Notes: generated from the letters alone by a model not told the origin. 32,000 nt of DNA from Candidatus Aenigmatarchaeota archaeon (GCA_021157845.1 JAGGVU010000003.1:1-32000); one strand, 5' to 3'; positions 16,065 to 24,202 are shown, counted from the first letter of the stretch. Numbers and translations are program-made.

Positions 16065-17314
16065 TACCACCGACCTTTTTTGTTCATCAGCAATTCTATT
16101 ATGCTTCCAAGCCACATGAAACTTATAATTATGTAATATATCAAAAAGAAAAATATTAAAGGAATCAGTTTGTGGACAGTCATTTTTTCTGAGGTCATTT
16201 TATATGCCCACATAAGCCAATATATGTTTATTACAAAAAATAACATTATTAAAATAAGTTTTGCGATATTCAGTGAAAATAAAGCAATTTCCAAGTTAGT
16301 TGGCAAGCGTATCAGGCCGCTATATGTCATTTGTTTAATGTCAAAATTTATTAAGAATAATTGATGAAAGAATCTGAAAATAGGTATCAGAATATTTTGT
16401 ACAAACATTGCAAGAACAAAAAAAGCAACAAATATACCCAACAGCAGCGAAGGGAGCTGAAAAGTTCCGAAATCGCCATATTTTGGGTTAAAAAGCATTC
16501 TTCTGTATTTATTAAGATTTAGAAGAGAGCCGCGGTACCACCTGCTCCTTTGTCTAAATAACTCTCGAAAATTTCTTGGTGCGATGCTAAGTGCTTCACC
16601 ATCAGTGCTTTGCACTATTTTTTTATTATGTGTTTGTAGCCTAAACGCTATTTCTTGATCTTCTACTATTGAATTTTCATCAAATCCTCCAAGCTGTTTT
16701 ATGGTTTTAGTTCTATAAATTGTGAATGGTCCAGGTGTCACATGTATACAGTCTATGCTGCTGAGAATCATTTTCAGAAATGCTGCGATAGTATACTCAA
16801 ATTGCTGCAGTTTCTGCAGCAGCGTCTTTGGTCGATATACTTTCATTATTGGCGTTACAGCATGAACATTGTCTGAAAAATAAGCGACCATTTTTTTCAG
16901 AGTGTTTTTTTCTACAACCGAATCTGCATCAAGGCATGCGACAAATTCACCTTTTGCATGTTTTAGCCCGTTATTTAGCGCAGCCGCCTTTCCACGATTT
17001 TTCTGATTTATGAGTGTTATTCCTTTTTTGGTAAATTTTTTGACTATTTTTTCTGTTTTATCTGTTGAGCCGTCATTGATAACAATTATGTCAAGTTTAT
17101 TTTTGGGGTAATTTAAGTTAAGAACTGATTTTATTGTTTTTCCTATTGTATCTTGTTCGTTATACGCCGGTATTAAAATAGAAACTCTGGGTATTTTAGT
17201 GAGCTTTTTTTTATTCTTCTGGATACCATTTTCAAAAAAAACCAAACCTATGAAAATAGTTGTATAAAGCAATAAAAAATACACGATCCAGAAAAGTATT
17301 TCTGTTATAATCAT
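16064..17314 (-). CDS. Processive family 2 glycosyltransferase (PgaC/IcaA/NodC/chitin-synthase-like polysaccharide synthase)
   Basis: 416 aa. N-terminal TM, ILIPAYNEQDTI, VINDGSTDKT, CLDADS, VEDQEIAFRL and the Q-x-x-R-W motif (RQRSRWYRG), followed by several C-terminal TM helices. Confidence 0.85.
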   Translation of the reverse strand: MIITEILFWIVYFLLLYTTIFIGLVFFENGIQKNKKKLTKIPRVSILIPAYNEQDTIGKTIKSVLNLNYPKNKLDIIVINDGSTDKTEKIVKKFTKKGITLINQKNRGKAAALNNGLKHAKGEFVACLDADSVVEKNTLKKMVAYFSDNVHAVTPIMKVYRPKTLLQKLQQFEYTIAAFLKMILSSIDCIHVTPGPFTIYRTKTIKQLGGFDENSIVEDQEIAFRLQTHNKKIVQSTDGEALSIAPRNFRELFRQRSRWYRGSLLNLNKYRRMLFNPKYGDFGTFQLPSLLLGIFVAFFVLAMFVQNILIPIFRFFHQLFLINFDIKQMTYSGLIRLPTNLEIALFSLNIAKLILIMLFFVINIYWLMWAYKMTSEKMTVHKLIPLIFFFLIYYIIISFMWLGSIIELLMNKKGRW

Positions 17315-17384
17315 AAAATCACTAATCCTGTATTAATTATTTTATTCAGACAATTTTATAAACTAAATACATCTAAATAAGAAG

Positions 17385-18017
17385 TTATTTTATTATTTTT
17401 TTCATAAATGAAAATACTAATAGGGGCATCGGCAAAAACAAATTAAATTCATTGTAATGAATCGACTCTGGCTTAAATTTGCTATCAATATTTGTATAAA
17501 ATCTTCCCACCTCAACTGGTAAGTGGGCATCAGAGCCTGCTATCAATTTTTTTCTAAACAATCGTGCAATTTTTTTTGCAAATACATTAGAAAAGAAAAA
17601 CGATCTGCCATTTATCTCGATAAAGTCAACTTTTTTAAAAATCCGTTTCCTCTCATTAACTGGGCATTGGTTTATGAAACTGCCTCGCCTGAAGAAATCA
17701 AATGCATGTGGTATTGAGATTTTTCCACCATGCTCTTTAACAAAATCATAAACATCCCAAAAGTTTTTTTCATTTACATCCTCTCTTATATTATAGCAAA
17801 CTATATGTCCAAAATTTGTGCTATACTCAGCACCTGTTATTATTTTTATTCCTGATTTTCTGGCATATTTCGTAACTTCCAAAGCCGGCTTAACAGAATG
17901 GTGGTCTGTTACAGCAACTGCGTCTAATTTTTTTCTTTTTGCCAGTTTCACTATAAGCTGTGGTGTAAGTGTACTATGCCCACATCTATATGTATGAACA
18001 TGCATATCAACTTTCAT
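17385..18017 (-). CDS. PHP-domain metal-dependent phosphoesterase (second copy)
   Basis: 210 aa. VDMHVHTYRCGHS, VTDHH, IPHAF and GSDAH motifs. Confidence 0.8.
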   Translation of the reverse strand: MKVDMHVHTYRCGHSTLTPQLIVKLAKRKKLDAVAVTDHHSVKPALEVTKYARKSGIKIITGAEYSTNFGHIVCYNIREDVNEKNFWDVYDFVKEHGGKISIPHAFDFFRRGSFINQCPVNERKRIFKKVDFIEINGRSFFFSNVFAKKIARLFRKKLIAGSDAHLPVEVGRFYTNIDSKFKPESIHYNEFNLFLPMPLLVFSFMKKIIK

Positions 18018-18054
18018 ATAAAGAAACTGGACAGCAGATATTAAAAGATTTTAG

Positions 18055-18567
18055 TTATTCCCCATTTTTTATTTTATCAATACCAAGGATTGTTAGTGAC
18101 AATCGGTCAGCTGCCATCTCCAGACTTTTATTTGTTTTACCTTGAACAACTATTGTTGTATTTATAAGATAAACTGATGTGTTTGTGGCGCCGGTATTTG
18201 GCCCTCTTAACCAGATATTTGTTTCGTTGTCTGGAAGTATTGTCTCATTAAGAAACACGGTATTAAATTGTTTGGTCCATCCAAGATCAGCATAGTATTG
18301 CTGTGTTTTTCTGACTATGTTGAATGCAACCACCTGAAAAATTCCCTCATCACCCTTTCCAGGTTCAAAAGCTATGTTTATTTTATCAGATATTTTAACG
18401 AGCTGATAAATTTCTGTCGAGTTTTCAATAGGAACAAGCTGGCTTTGTTTTATGTCTTGAATAAATTGATATATAGTATTGCCTATAGTTATTTTATGTA
18501 AGCCTTTATCAGCACAGCCTGATACTATTATTAAGATTAATAAAATCAAAATTATTTTCTTTCGCAT
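18055..18567 (-). CDS. Secreted lipoprotein-like hypothetical protein
   Basis: 170 aa. Signal peptide ending in a lipobox-like IVSGC. Several N-x-S/T sequons. Confidence 0.55.
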   Translation of the reverse strand: MRKKIILILLILIIVSGCADKGLHKITIGNTIYQFIQDIKQSQLVPIENSTEIYQLVKISDKINIAFEPGKGDEGIFQVVAFNIVRKTQQYYADLGWTKQFNTVFLNETILPDNETNIWLRGPNTGATNTSVYLINTTIVVQGKTNKSLEMAADRLSLTILGIDKIKNGE

Positions 18568-18598
18568 GTAAGAATTTTATTAGAAAAATTTAAAAGTG

Positions 18599-19405
18599 TT
18601 ATAAAATTGTAAAAACAGTATAACCTATTAACATCAGTACGAAAACATGCTTAATCCCTGCTGTGAGTGAACCTTCAGCCATCTGCCCTATGGAGAGGCC
18701 TGCAAAAAATCCTTGGATAAGTATCAATCTGAGGAAAAGCTGATTAAACAGAGCAGTAAGCTCTTCTGCATTTGCTTCTGCACCTTCCTGAAACGCAGGG
18801 ACAAGAAACCTGCTTAACATGAGCATAACGCCCAGAAATACAAAGAATATTACGTAACCATTTAGCATTTGCGCATATATTCTTGATGACCGCTCTTTTT
18901 TTATTTTTTCAATTTCTTGCACAGATCTGGCTACAGAATCTAGAATATCCCCTATATTTCCACCACTCCTGTGTGTTTCTGTTATTGTTTTAACAGTTCG
19001 CTTGATCGTCAAGCTTTCTGTAACATCTGCAAAAATCTGTAATATCTTTTCAAATGGTATTCCCCAGTCTATTTTAGCTATTATCTCCTTTACATACTTG
19101 TTAAGTGGTCCATAATCATTCCGGCTAGTTGCTCTTATAGCTTGTGGAAGCGTCATGCCTGTTTTTAGGTTTGATGTTATATCTCTCAGAAATGTCGGAA
19201 AAATAAGTTCGATTTGTCTGCTTCTCTTGTATTTTATATATTTTATTCCGAGCGGAATGCCAGCAACTGTGAACGCTGTAATTATATTTACAAATACAAA
19301 GGAGGGGGATTCATGAAAATATCTATAGTTTATTGATAATATAATTATGCCTACAGCGATTAAGGCTATTGTCAGTTCTTTTTCCTTTAGTTTCATATTT
19401 CTCAC
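18599..19405 (-). CDS. Type IV pilus/archaellum platform protein, single T2SS-F domain (TadC/FlaJ C-half-like)
   Basis: 268 aa. Two N-terminal TM helices, a cytoplasmic helical domain (FLRDITSNLKTGMTLPQAIRA ... ETHRSGGNIGDILDSVA), and C-terminal TM helices. Confidence 0.75.
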   Translation of the reverse strand: MRNMKLKEKELTIALIAVGIIILSINYRYFHESPSFVFVNIITAFTVAGIPLGIKYIKYKRSRQIELIFPTFLRDITSNLKTGMTLPQAIRATSRNDYGPLNKYVKEIIAKIDWGIPFEKILQIFADVTESLTIKRTVKTITETHRSGGNIGDILDSVARSVQEIEKIKKERSSRIYAQMLNGYVIFFVFLGVMLMLSRFLVPAFQEGAEANAEELTALFNQLFLRLILIQGFFAGLSIGQMAEGSLTAGIKHVFVLMLIGYTVFTIL

Positions 19406-19414
19406 TTTTTTCTA

Positions 19415-20296
19415 TTACGAAGGAGGCTGCGTAAAGTGCAGGAATAAAATAAATACAATATTAAGCAGTGGCAAAAGCCCATATATACCTACTTTCATTG
19501 CGTCTGGTATGCTCATGCCTACAATTTTTCCGCCTATTAATGACATAACAGATAATATAGATACAAAAAATAATGGCGCAGCTATCAGTACAGCTGTATA
19601 AAAATCAGCGTAAGTTGATAACGTTGAAAGATAGCGCTCTCTTCTTAGTTTATAGTCAAACAGTGCCTCTTTTGCAATATTTTTTAGAAACTGCTCTAAA
19701 GACCCACCGGTTTTTATTATGGATATTATTTCAAGTAAAATTTGTTTAAATTCGGGGGAAGGGGTTGTGTCAGCAACCTGTCTTATAGCCTGTGTTATAT
19801 CCATACCAAAAACTTCTACGTTTCTTGCGATAGTTCCAGCCTCGATTGCTATTTCTCCGTACTCTTTTATGTCTTGAAGCAATTTAAACATCAAATATGG
19901 CGGAACCCCACCACCAACTATTGCTGCCATATGGTTCACAGCAAAAGGAAGGTTTGCTTCTATGCTTGCTTTCTTTCTGGTTATTTTCTGAAATGGATAT
20001 GAGTGAAAAATGGTTAATACCAAAAAAAATGATATGATCCCAACCAAAATGGCTCCAACTATAGCTGTTGAGATTGAAGTTTTGGCAATAAATGAAAGTA
20101 AAAAAAACATATAGTCAAAAATCAAAATTGCGGACAAAAATGAAAATAAGAACATCTTTCCGACATAAGTCTCATATACTATTTTTAAGTCAGACTGCTC
20201 TATCTCCTTTTTAATCGGATCTAAATAACCTGAAAAATGCTTCAGTCCAAATTTTGCAAAAAACCTGATTAGTGATTTATAAAATTTGTCTAACAT
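19415..20296 (-). CDS. Type IV pilus/archaellum platform protein, single T2SS-F domain (TadB/FlaJ N-half-like)
   Basis: 293 aa. TM helices flank a helical domain (LPFAVNHMAAIVGGGVPPYLMF ... IIKTGGSLEQFL). Ends with tandem stops TAA TAG, 9 nt before the next gene. Confidence 0.75.
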   Translation of the reverse strand: MLDKFYKSLIRFFAKFGLKHFSGYLDPIKKEIEQSDLKIVYETYVGKMFLFSFLSAILIFDYMFFLLSFIAKTSISTAIVGAILVGIISFFLVLTIFHSYPFQKITRKKASIEANLPFAVNHMAAIVGGGVPPYLMFKLLQDIKEYGEIAIEAGTIARNVEVFGMDITQAIRQVADTTPSPEFKQILLEIISIIKTGGSLEQFLKNIAKEALFDYKLRRERYLSTLSTYADFYTAVLIAAPLFFVSILSVMSLIGGKIVGMSIPDAMKVGIYGLLPLLNIVFILFLHFTQPPS

Positions 20297-20348
20297 TATC
20301 TCACACTATAAATAAGGTGCAATCAACATCAAGCTGATATAGTTTGTT

Positions 20349-21041
20349 TTAACCGACAGCTATCCCATTATGTGTTATTTTAAATGTATGAATTTTTGTC
20401 GAGTGGTTTACTCCCCTCATTTTTAGTATATAAATTTCTCTTGTTAAATTGTCTCCATCCCGTCTTCTGTTCATAACTATGACACCATCTGTTATAAATT
20501 CTTCGACACCGAATCTGCTTAATTTTTCATCATTCATCTCAGATATAAATAATGCCGTACATTCATTTCTTCTGACAATATTATCAAGTTGTATTATCAT
20601 ATCCCTTATCTCTGACTCCTCTCTTATATACATATCTAGCGAGGATATAGAATCTATAACCAACCTCCTTGCCTTTAATTTTTTTATATATCCTTCTATT
20701 ATTTCCATTATGTCTTCAATTCTATAAGGATCATATTCTATTAAGACCAGTAGTCCAGCATCTTCGTATTTTTTTAAATCCCAGCCAAGTGTGAGAGCGG
20801 TTTCTCTAATCTGGTCTGCACTTTCCTCAAATGTCAGAAATACTGTTGGTATTTTTTCTTTTTTAATCCCATTAATCGTGAATTGGAGTGCAAAGATAGT
20901 TTTTCCAATGCCGGTCGGCCCTGCCAAAAGTATTGTGTCCTTTTTTGGCAAACCACCGTCAACAATTTTGTCAAATCCTGGGATATATGTTTTTGTCCTC
21001 GGCAGAATCAATTTTTTTAATTTTTTTGAATCTTTTGCCAT
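20349..21041 (-). CDS. KaiC/RecA-superfamily single-domain ATPase (FlaH/ArlH-like)
   Basis: I prefer the start at ATG 21039-21041 (MAKDSKK...); the longer ORF begins with TTG at 21101. IPGFDKIVDGGLPKKDTILLAGPTGIGKT (Walker A), RRLVIDSIS (Walker B), YILKMRG. Confidence 0.8.
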   Translation of the reverse strand: MAKDSKKLKKLILPRTKTYIPGFDKIVDGGLPKKDTILLAGPTGIGKTIFALQFTINGIKKEKIPTVFLTFEESADQIRETALTLGWDLKKYEDAGLLVLIEYDPYRIEDIMEIIEGYIKKLKARRLVIDSISSLDMYIREESEIRDMIIQLDNIVRRNECTALFISEMNDEKLSRFGVEEFITDGVIVMNRRRDGDNLTREIYILKMRGVNHSTKIHTFKITHNGIAVG

Positions 21042-21256
21042 ATAGTTATATTCCAAACCGCTGAATAAAAAGTTTTTTATTCTGCTGGTTTTTGTGAGCA
21101 ACTGATAAACTTGGTATATTGTTTAGAAAGGTCATCGAATATAATAAGGCTTTATGAATAAACTTACTAATTCAACTAGTTAAAATAGTTGTCTAAGGTA
21201 TTTAATAAAATCTACTATTATCTAACTATGTAGAAGAATGCGGATATTGTAGCGGC

Positions 21257-21403
21257 CTATTTGAATTCTGCTCCGCAGAAACCGCAAAATGTTAATTTTC
21301 TACCATGTACAACCGTAGTAACAAGTCTACCGTCTCCGCATTTCTTACAATGCTTTATTTTAGTTGTTTTTCTTTTTTTTGTTCTTTTAGTAGTTTTTTT
21401 CAC
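21257..21403 (-). CDS. Small basic zinc-ribbon protein (48 aa), absent from the ORF track
   Basis: My translation of the minus strand: V/MKKTTKRTKKRKTTKIKHCKKCGDGRLVTTVVHGRKLTFCGFCGAEFK*. GTG start at 21401-21403, preceded by GAGGTG 6 nt upstream. CxxCG...CGxCG zinc ribbon after a Lys/Arg-rich tail, a layout reminiscent of ribosomal zinc-ribbon proteins such as S27ae (not verified). Confidence 0.55.
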   Translation of the reverse strand: MKKTTKRTKKRKTTKIKHCKKCGDGRLVTTVVHGRKLTFCGFCGAEFK

Positions 21404-21590
21404 TGACCACACCTCGTTCAGTTTGACGCCAATTTTAATGGCCTTTTATACCATGAAATGGGTAATTTTTACCTTTTTATATAGATTATGATTATTTATT
21501 AAGGTTTCGATACTATTATATGGTAATAACTATATAAAAAGATTTCTCTCCTTTTATCTATATTATTAGTTGTATATGATGATATATATT

Positions 21591-21645
21591 TTAATTGACG
21601 TAAAGTCAATTAGATATGTTAAAATCAGCTTCGCTGATTTTAAAT
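21591..21645. repeat. Inverted copy of hairpins 1 and 4 of the window-start cluster
   Basis: The reverse complement of 21613-21645 equals 3-35 (33 of 33 nt). The reverse complement of 21591-21612 equals 111-132 (22 of 22 nt). Lies in the divergent intergenic region between 21257..21403 (-) and 21744..22130 (+). Confidence 0.95.
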
Positions 21646-21743
21646 AAATTTAAACATTAAAGACAAAATAAATATATGGGTTTAAAACTAACTGCTGTTC
21701 GCTCGTACAAAAGACTTGGAATGTTTGAGGCTTAAGAAGGGTT

Positions 21744-22130
21744 ATGATTATGAAATTTCGTATCGGTGCGTGGACAATTAGAACTGGAAAGGACCTGAGG
21801 CAGCATGAGAAAGAGGAATACATAAAATACGGAGAACCTCCTGGAGGATCTTTTATAGAATTTGCGGACGGTTCGTATATTGGCCGTCGCTATAATAAAG
21901 TTCCAGAAGAATGGAAAGAAGAAAGAAGACAATATTTAGCAAGCTTTCCACCAGGAGTACATCCTACAAAAAAAGGTATTTTTTATACGGATCCTGGTCC
22001 ACATTTTGGCGATGCTAAAAAACCTTCTTTATCCAAACCTTCTATTAGTCGTTCACCTAGAACAAAGAAAAAACGTTCTAGGTCCAAAATGCACAAAGCT
22101 GACTTCAAATTATATAAGAAGTTCAGCTAG
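21744..22130 (+). CDS. Hypothetical protein with a basic Ser/Lys-rich C-terminal tail
   Basis: 128-aa ORF. No recognised family. C-terminus KKPSLSKPSISRSPRTKKKRSRSK. Confidence 0.45.
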   Translation: MIMKFRIGAWTIRTGKDLRQHEKEEYIKYGEPPGGSFIEFADGSYIGRRYNKVPEEWKEERRQYLASFPPGVHPTKKGIFYTDPGPHFGDAKKPSLSKPSISRSPRTKKKRSRSKMHKADFKLYKKFS

Positions 22131-22156
22131 CAGGAAGATATCGGTCTAGACATTTA

Positions 22157-23107
22157 TCAGATTAGTCCGAACATTCTCCCTATGAAAAAAATATAAAATA
22201 TTAGAAGCATCCAGCCCTCCCAGCTTGTGATTTTTTTATCTTGGGCTATGAGGAAATAAAGGAAGGTTGAAATTATCATCATCGGAAGCCCAAAAGAAAT
22301 AATAGTTGCTGGTATGATAATAGTTCCAACTAAAGCAGACGCCCCCATAACAACAAATGTATTGAATATATTTGAGCCCAATATATTTCCAATTGCTATT
22401 TCTCTTTTTCCCCTTTTTATTGCGGCGATACTAACTGTCAGCTCTGGCAGAGATGTTCCAAGACCCACAGCAGTAGCAGCTATTGCCTCCTTTCCTATGT
22501 TCAATATTTCTGACAGGTGAATAATTGACTGTACAGTGTATTTTGCACCGATATAGATGAAAATAATGCTTATGATAAAAATAATTATTGTTTTATATTC
22601 CAGTTTTCTTTTTACGATTCCATGCATTTCTTTTTTTATTTCTATATCCCTATACCTCTTTTGCGTTTTTATTGTGTAATCTATATACACAAAAAATGCA
22701 ACTAAGCAGAGCAACGCTTCTGTCAGGACGAATTGACCGTCTATGACACTGATTGTAAATAAAAGTGCAGATGCTATAAGAACAGGCATATCAACATGTA
22801 TAAATTCATATCCAATTTTGACCTGCTTTCCAATTATGGCTGTTACGCCTAAAACGAGAAGAATATTTGAGATATTTGAGCCTATTACATTACCAATTAC
22901 TATTTCTGATGAATTCGCGAGAACTGCGAATATAGACGATGTCAGCTCTGGGAGTGATGTGCCTATGCTTACAAGTGTCACGCCAACGAGAAACGGCGAA
23001 ATGTGAAGAAAAGCGCCCAATTTTTCAGCAGAATCTGTAAAATATTCTGAGAATTTGACTAAGACAGAGAGGCTTAGTATAAAAACGGCCAACCACGCTA
23101 CGAGCAT
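22157..23107 (-). CDS. Ca2+/cation antiporter (CaCA family, YrbG/MaX1-like sodium/calcium exchanger)
   Basis: 316 aa, about 10 TM helices. Two alpha-repeats: GTSLPELTSSIFAV...GNVIGSNISNILLVLG and GTSLPELTVSIAAI...GNILGSNIFNTFVVMG. Confidence 0.9.
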   Translation of the reverse strand: MLVAWLAVFILSLSVLVKFSEYFTDSAEKLGAFLHISPFLVGVTLVSIGTSLPELTSSIFAVLANSSEIVIGNVIGSNISNILLVLGVTAIIGKQVKIGYEFIHVDMPVLIASALLFTISVIDGQFVLTEALLCLVAFFVYIDYTIKTQKRYRDIEIKKEMHGIVKRKLEYKTIIIFIISIIFIYIGAKYTVQSIIHLSEILNIGKEAIAATAVGLGTSLPELTVSIAAIKRGKREIAIGNILGSNIFNTFVVMGASALVGTIIIPATIISFGLPMMIISTFLYFLIAQDKKITSWEGWMLLIFYIFFIGRMFGLI

Positions 23108-23433
23108 AACTTAATTAAACTGCATTGGTTTAAATTGTTTTTTACTTCAATCGCATAAGGCTTAATTAAAAAATATGACATCATTTTAATCAATAATAAT
23201 TTAATAATAACTTTATAAGCCCAAGATTTGGATAATTTTCAGAATCGGTCAAGATTCATCAAAAACTAGTTTAGCTTCATATCCATTTTTTTTATTTCAG
23301 CTTTTTCATAAATTATAAATTTTATACCCATCTCCGGATCTTTCATTATTGATGTTTTGTCATCAAGGATATTCATAAAATCACCAATAATATTTGTAGG
23401 GAATTTATTAAAAATCAGATAAAGAAAAGAATT

Positions 23434-23565
23434 TCAGTTAACAGCTATCTTTTCTTCGCAGCCACAAAGAGGGCATCTCACAGTATCGTAATACATCTCA
23501 AATCCGCAATTAGAGCATTTCCAAATTCGCGTGAATGTTTTGGCATATTTAGGTTTTCTTCCCAA
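23434..23565 (-). CDS. Possible small zinc-ribbon protein (about 43 aa), absent from the ORF track
   Basis: Minus-strand frame reads (TTG)GRKPKYAKTFTRIWKCSNCGFEMYYDTVRCPLCGCEEKIAVN*. Two CxxC pairs. The only in-frame start candidate is TTG at 23563-23565; the nearby ATG (23583-23585) is in another frame that lacks the Cys motif. Confidence 0.35.
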   Translation of the reverse strand: MGRKPKYAKTFTRIWKCSNCGFEMYYDTVRCPLCGCEEKIAVN

Positions 23566-23583
23566 GAAATCACCGTTAATGCC

Positions 23584-23609
23584 ATATATATATCGTAGGA
23601 TATATATAT
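23584..23609. promoter_or_regulatory. Perfect 11-bp (TA)n palindrome, candidate TATA/promoter or operator element
   Basis: atatatatatc (23584-23594), loop gtag, gatatatatat (23599-23609). Lies about 20-45 nt upstream of the putative zinc-ribbon ORF start. Confidence 0.4.
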
Positions 23610-23830
23610 AGTTTTCGGTATTTGTCGAACTTTAAAAAAAATAAGAATTTTTAACTATTCATGCGTATTTCAGACCTTTCTTCTAATTTTGCTTAGAACC
23701 AATTTTCAACAATGGTCAGTAAAGATCATTATTTTTATATCCAAAAATTTTATGGTACCTTTTCATATATAAATAGCAGTATTACATTTTTTCGTAACTA
23801 ACCTAGGAGATAAGTCAGGAAAAGAAAACA

Positions 23831-23840
23831 TTTAAATAAA
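23831..23840 (+). promoter_or_regulatory. Candidate TATA box for tRNA-Gly
   Basis: tttaaataaa is centred about 30 nt upstream of tRNA position 1 (23865) and is preceded by a purine-rich, BRE-like aaagaaaaca. Confidence 0.45.
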
Positions 23841-23864
23841 TCATTCTAAAATGAATATAGTCAA

Positions 23865-24116
23865 GCGCGGGTAGTCTAGTGAACCTTTCTTTCAAAAAGA
23901 AAGTTTCAATCTAAAGAAACTTGAGAAAGGTTTGGAAAATCTGGTTAGGACCTTAGCCTTCCACCGAACCTTTTTAGAAAAAAGCTTCGATGTAAAAACC
24001 TGAAAGGTTTGTAAGAAAGCTAATGACCCGGGTTCAAACGAGCCCTTTCTCTTTATAAAGAGAAAGCCCTCGATGGGAAAGAGAAACATTAGGCTCTGAA
24101 AATCCCGGCCCGCGCA
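23865..24116 (+). tRNA. tRNA-Gly (anticodon TCC) with three introns
   Basis: Exons 23865-23880, 23941-23963, 24018-24038 and 24103-24116 join to GCGCGGGTAGTCTAGTCTGGTTAGGACCTTAGCCTTCCAAGCTAATGACCCGGGTTCAAATCCCGGCCCGCGCA (74 nt). Acceptor GCGCGGG/CCCGCGC, anticodon stem TTAGC/GCTAA, anticodon TCC at 23960-23962, T arm CCGGG-TTCAAAT-CCCGG. Introns are about 23881-23940 (D-loop), 23964-24017 (37/38) and 24039-24102 (T-loop); boundaries are ambiguous by 1-4 nt. Confidence 0.9.
23966..23998 (+). repeat. Intron sequence module shared with tRNA-Thr intron 1
   Basis: 31 of 33 nt identical to 6799-6831. Confidence 0.9.
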
Positions 24117-24123
24117 TTTTTTT
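24117..24123 (+). terminator. Oligo-T terminator after tRNA-Gly
   Basis: A T7 run follows the discriminator base directly. Archaeal RNA polymerase terminates at oligo-T tracts. Confidence 0.5.
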
Positions 24124-24202
24124 GATTTTTAACCAAAACAAAAGCTTAAAATAGTGTAAAAACAATAAAATTATAATAATTAAGTTAGTGAAAGGAGGTG
24201 AA

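Noticed and set aside
16065-16115. Longer N-terminal extension of the thioredoxin-like gene (ORF track start at 16115).
   Set aside because: The extension would overlap the upstream GT2 gene by 52 nt. The internal ATG at 16062-16064 gives a TAATG stop/start junction and a normal N-terminus (basic residues, then a TM helix).
21576-21637. Candidate C/D-box sRNA: ATGATGA at 21576-21582 and CTGA at 21634-21637.
   Set aside because: There are no internal D' or C' boxes and no terminal stem. The CTGA is simply part of the repeated hairpin stem.
23270-23436. Open frame continuing in phase beyond the TGA stop of the putative zinc-ribbon ORF (possible stop-codon readthrough or TGA recoding).
   Set aside because: Other well-supported genes, such as rfcS and the Fap7-like kinase, end at TGA at the expected C-terminus. 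All family-assignable ORFs are intact under the standard code. The extension has no motif.
23892-24089. 65-aa minus-strand ORF.
   Set aside because: It lies wholly within the three-intron tRNA-Gly gene. The repetitive Phe/Lys/Ser-rich product is an artefact.
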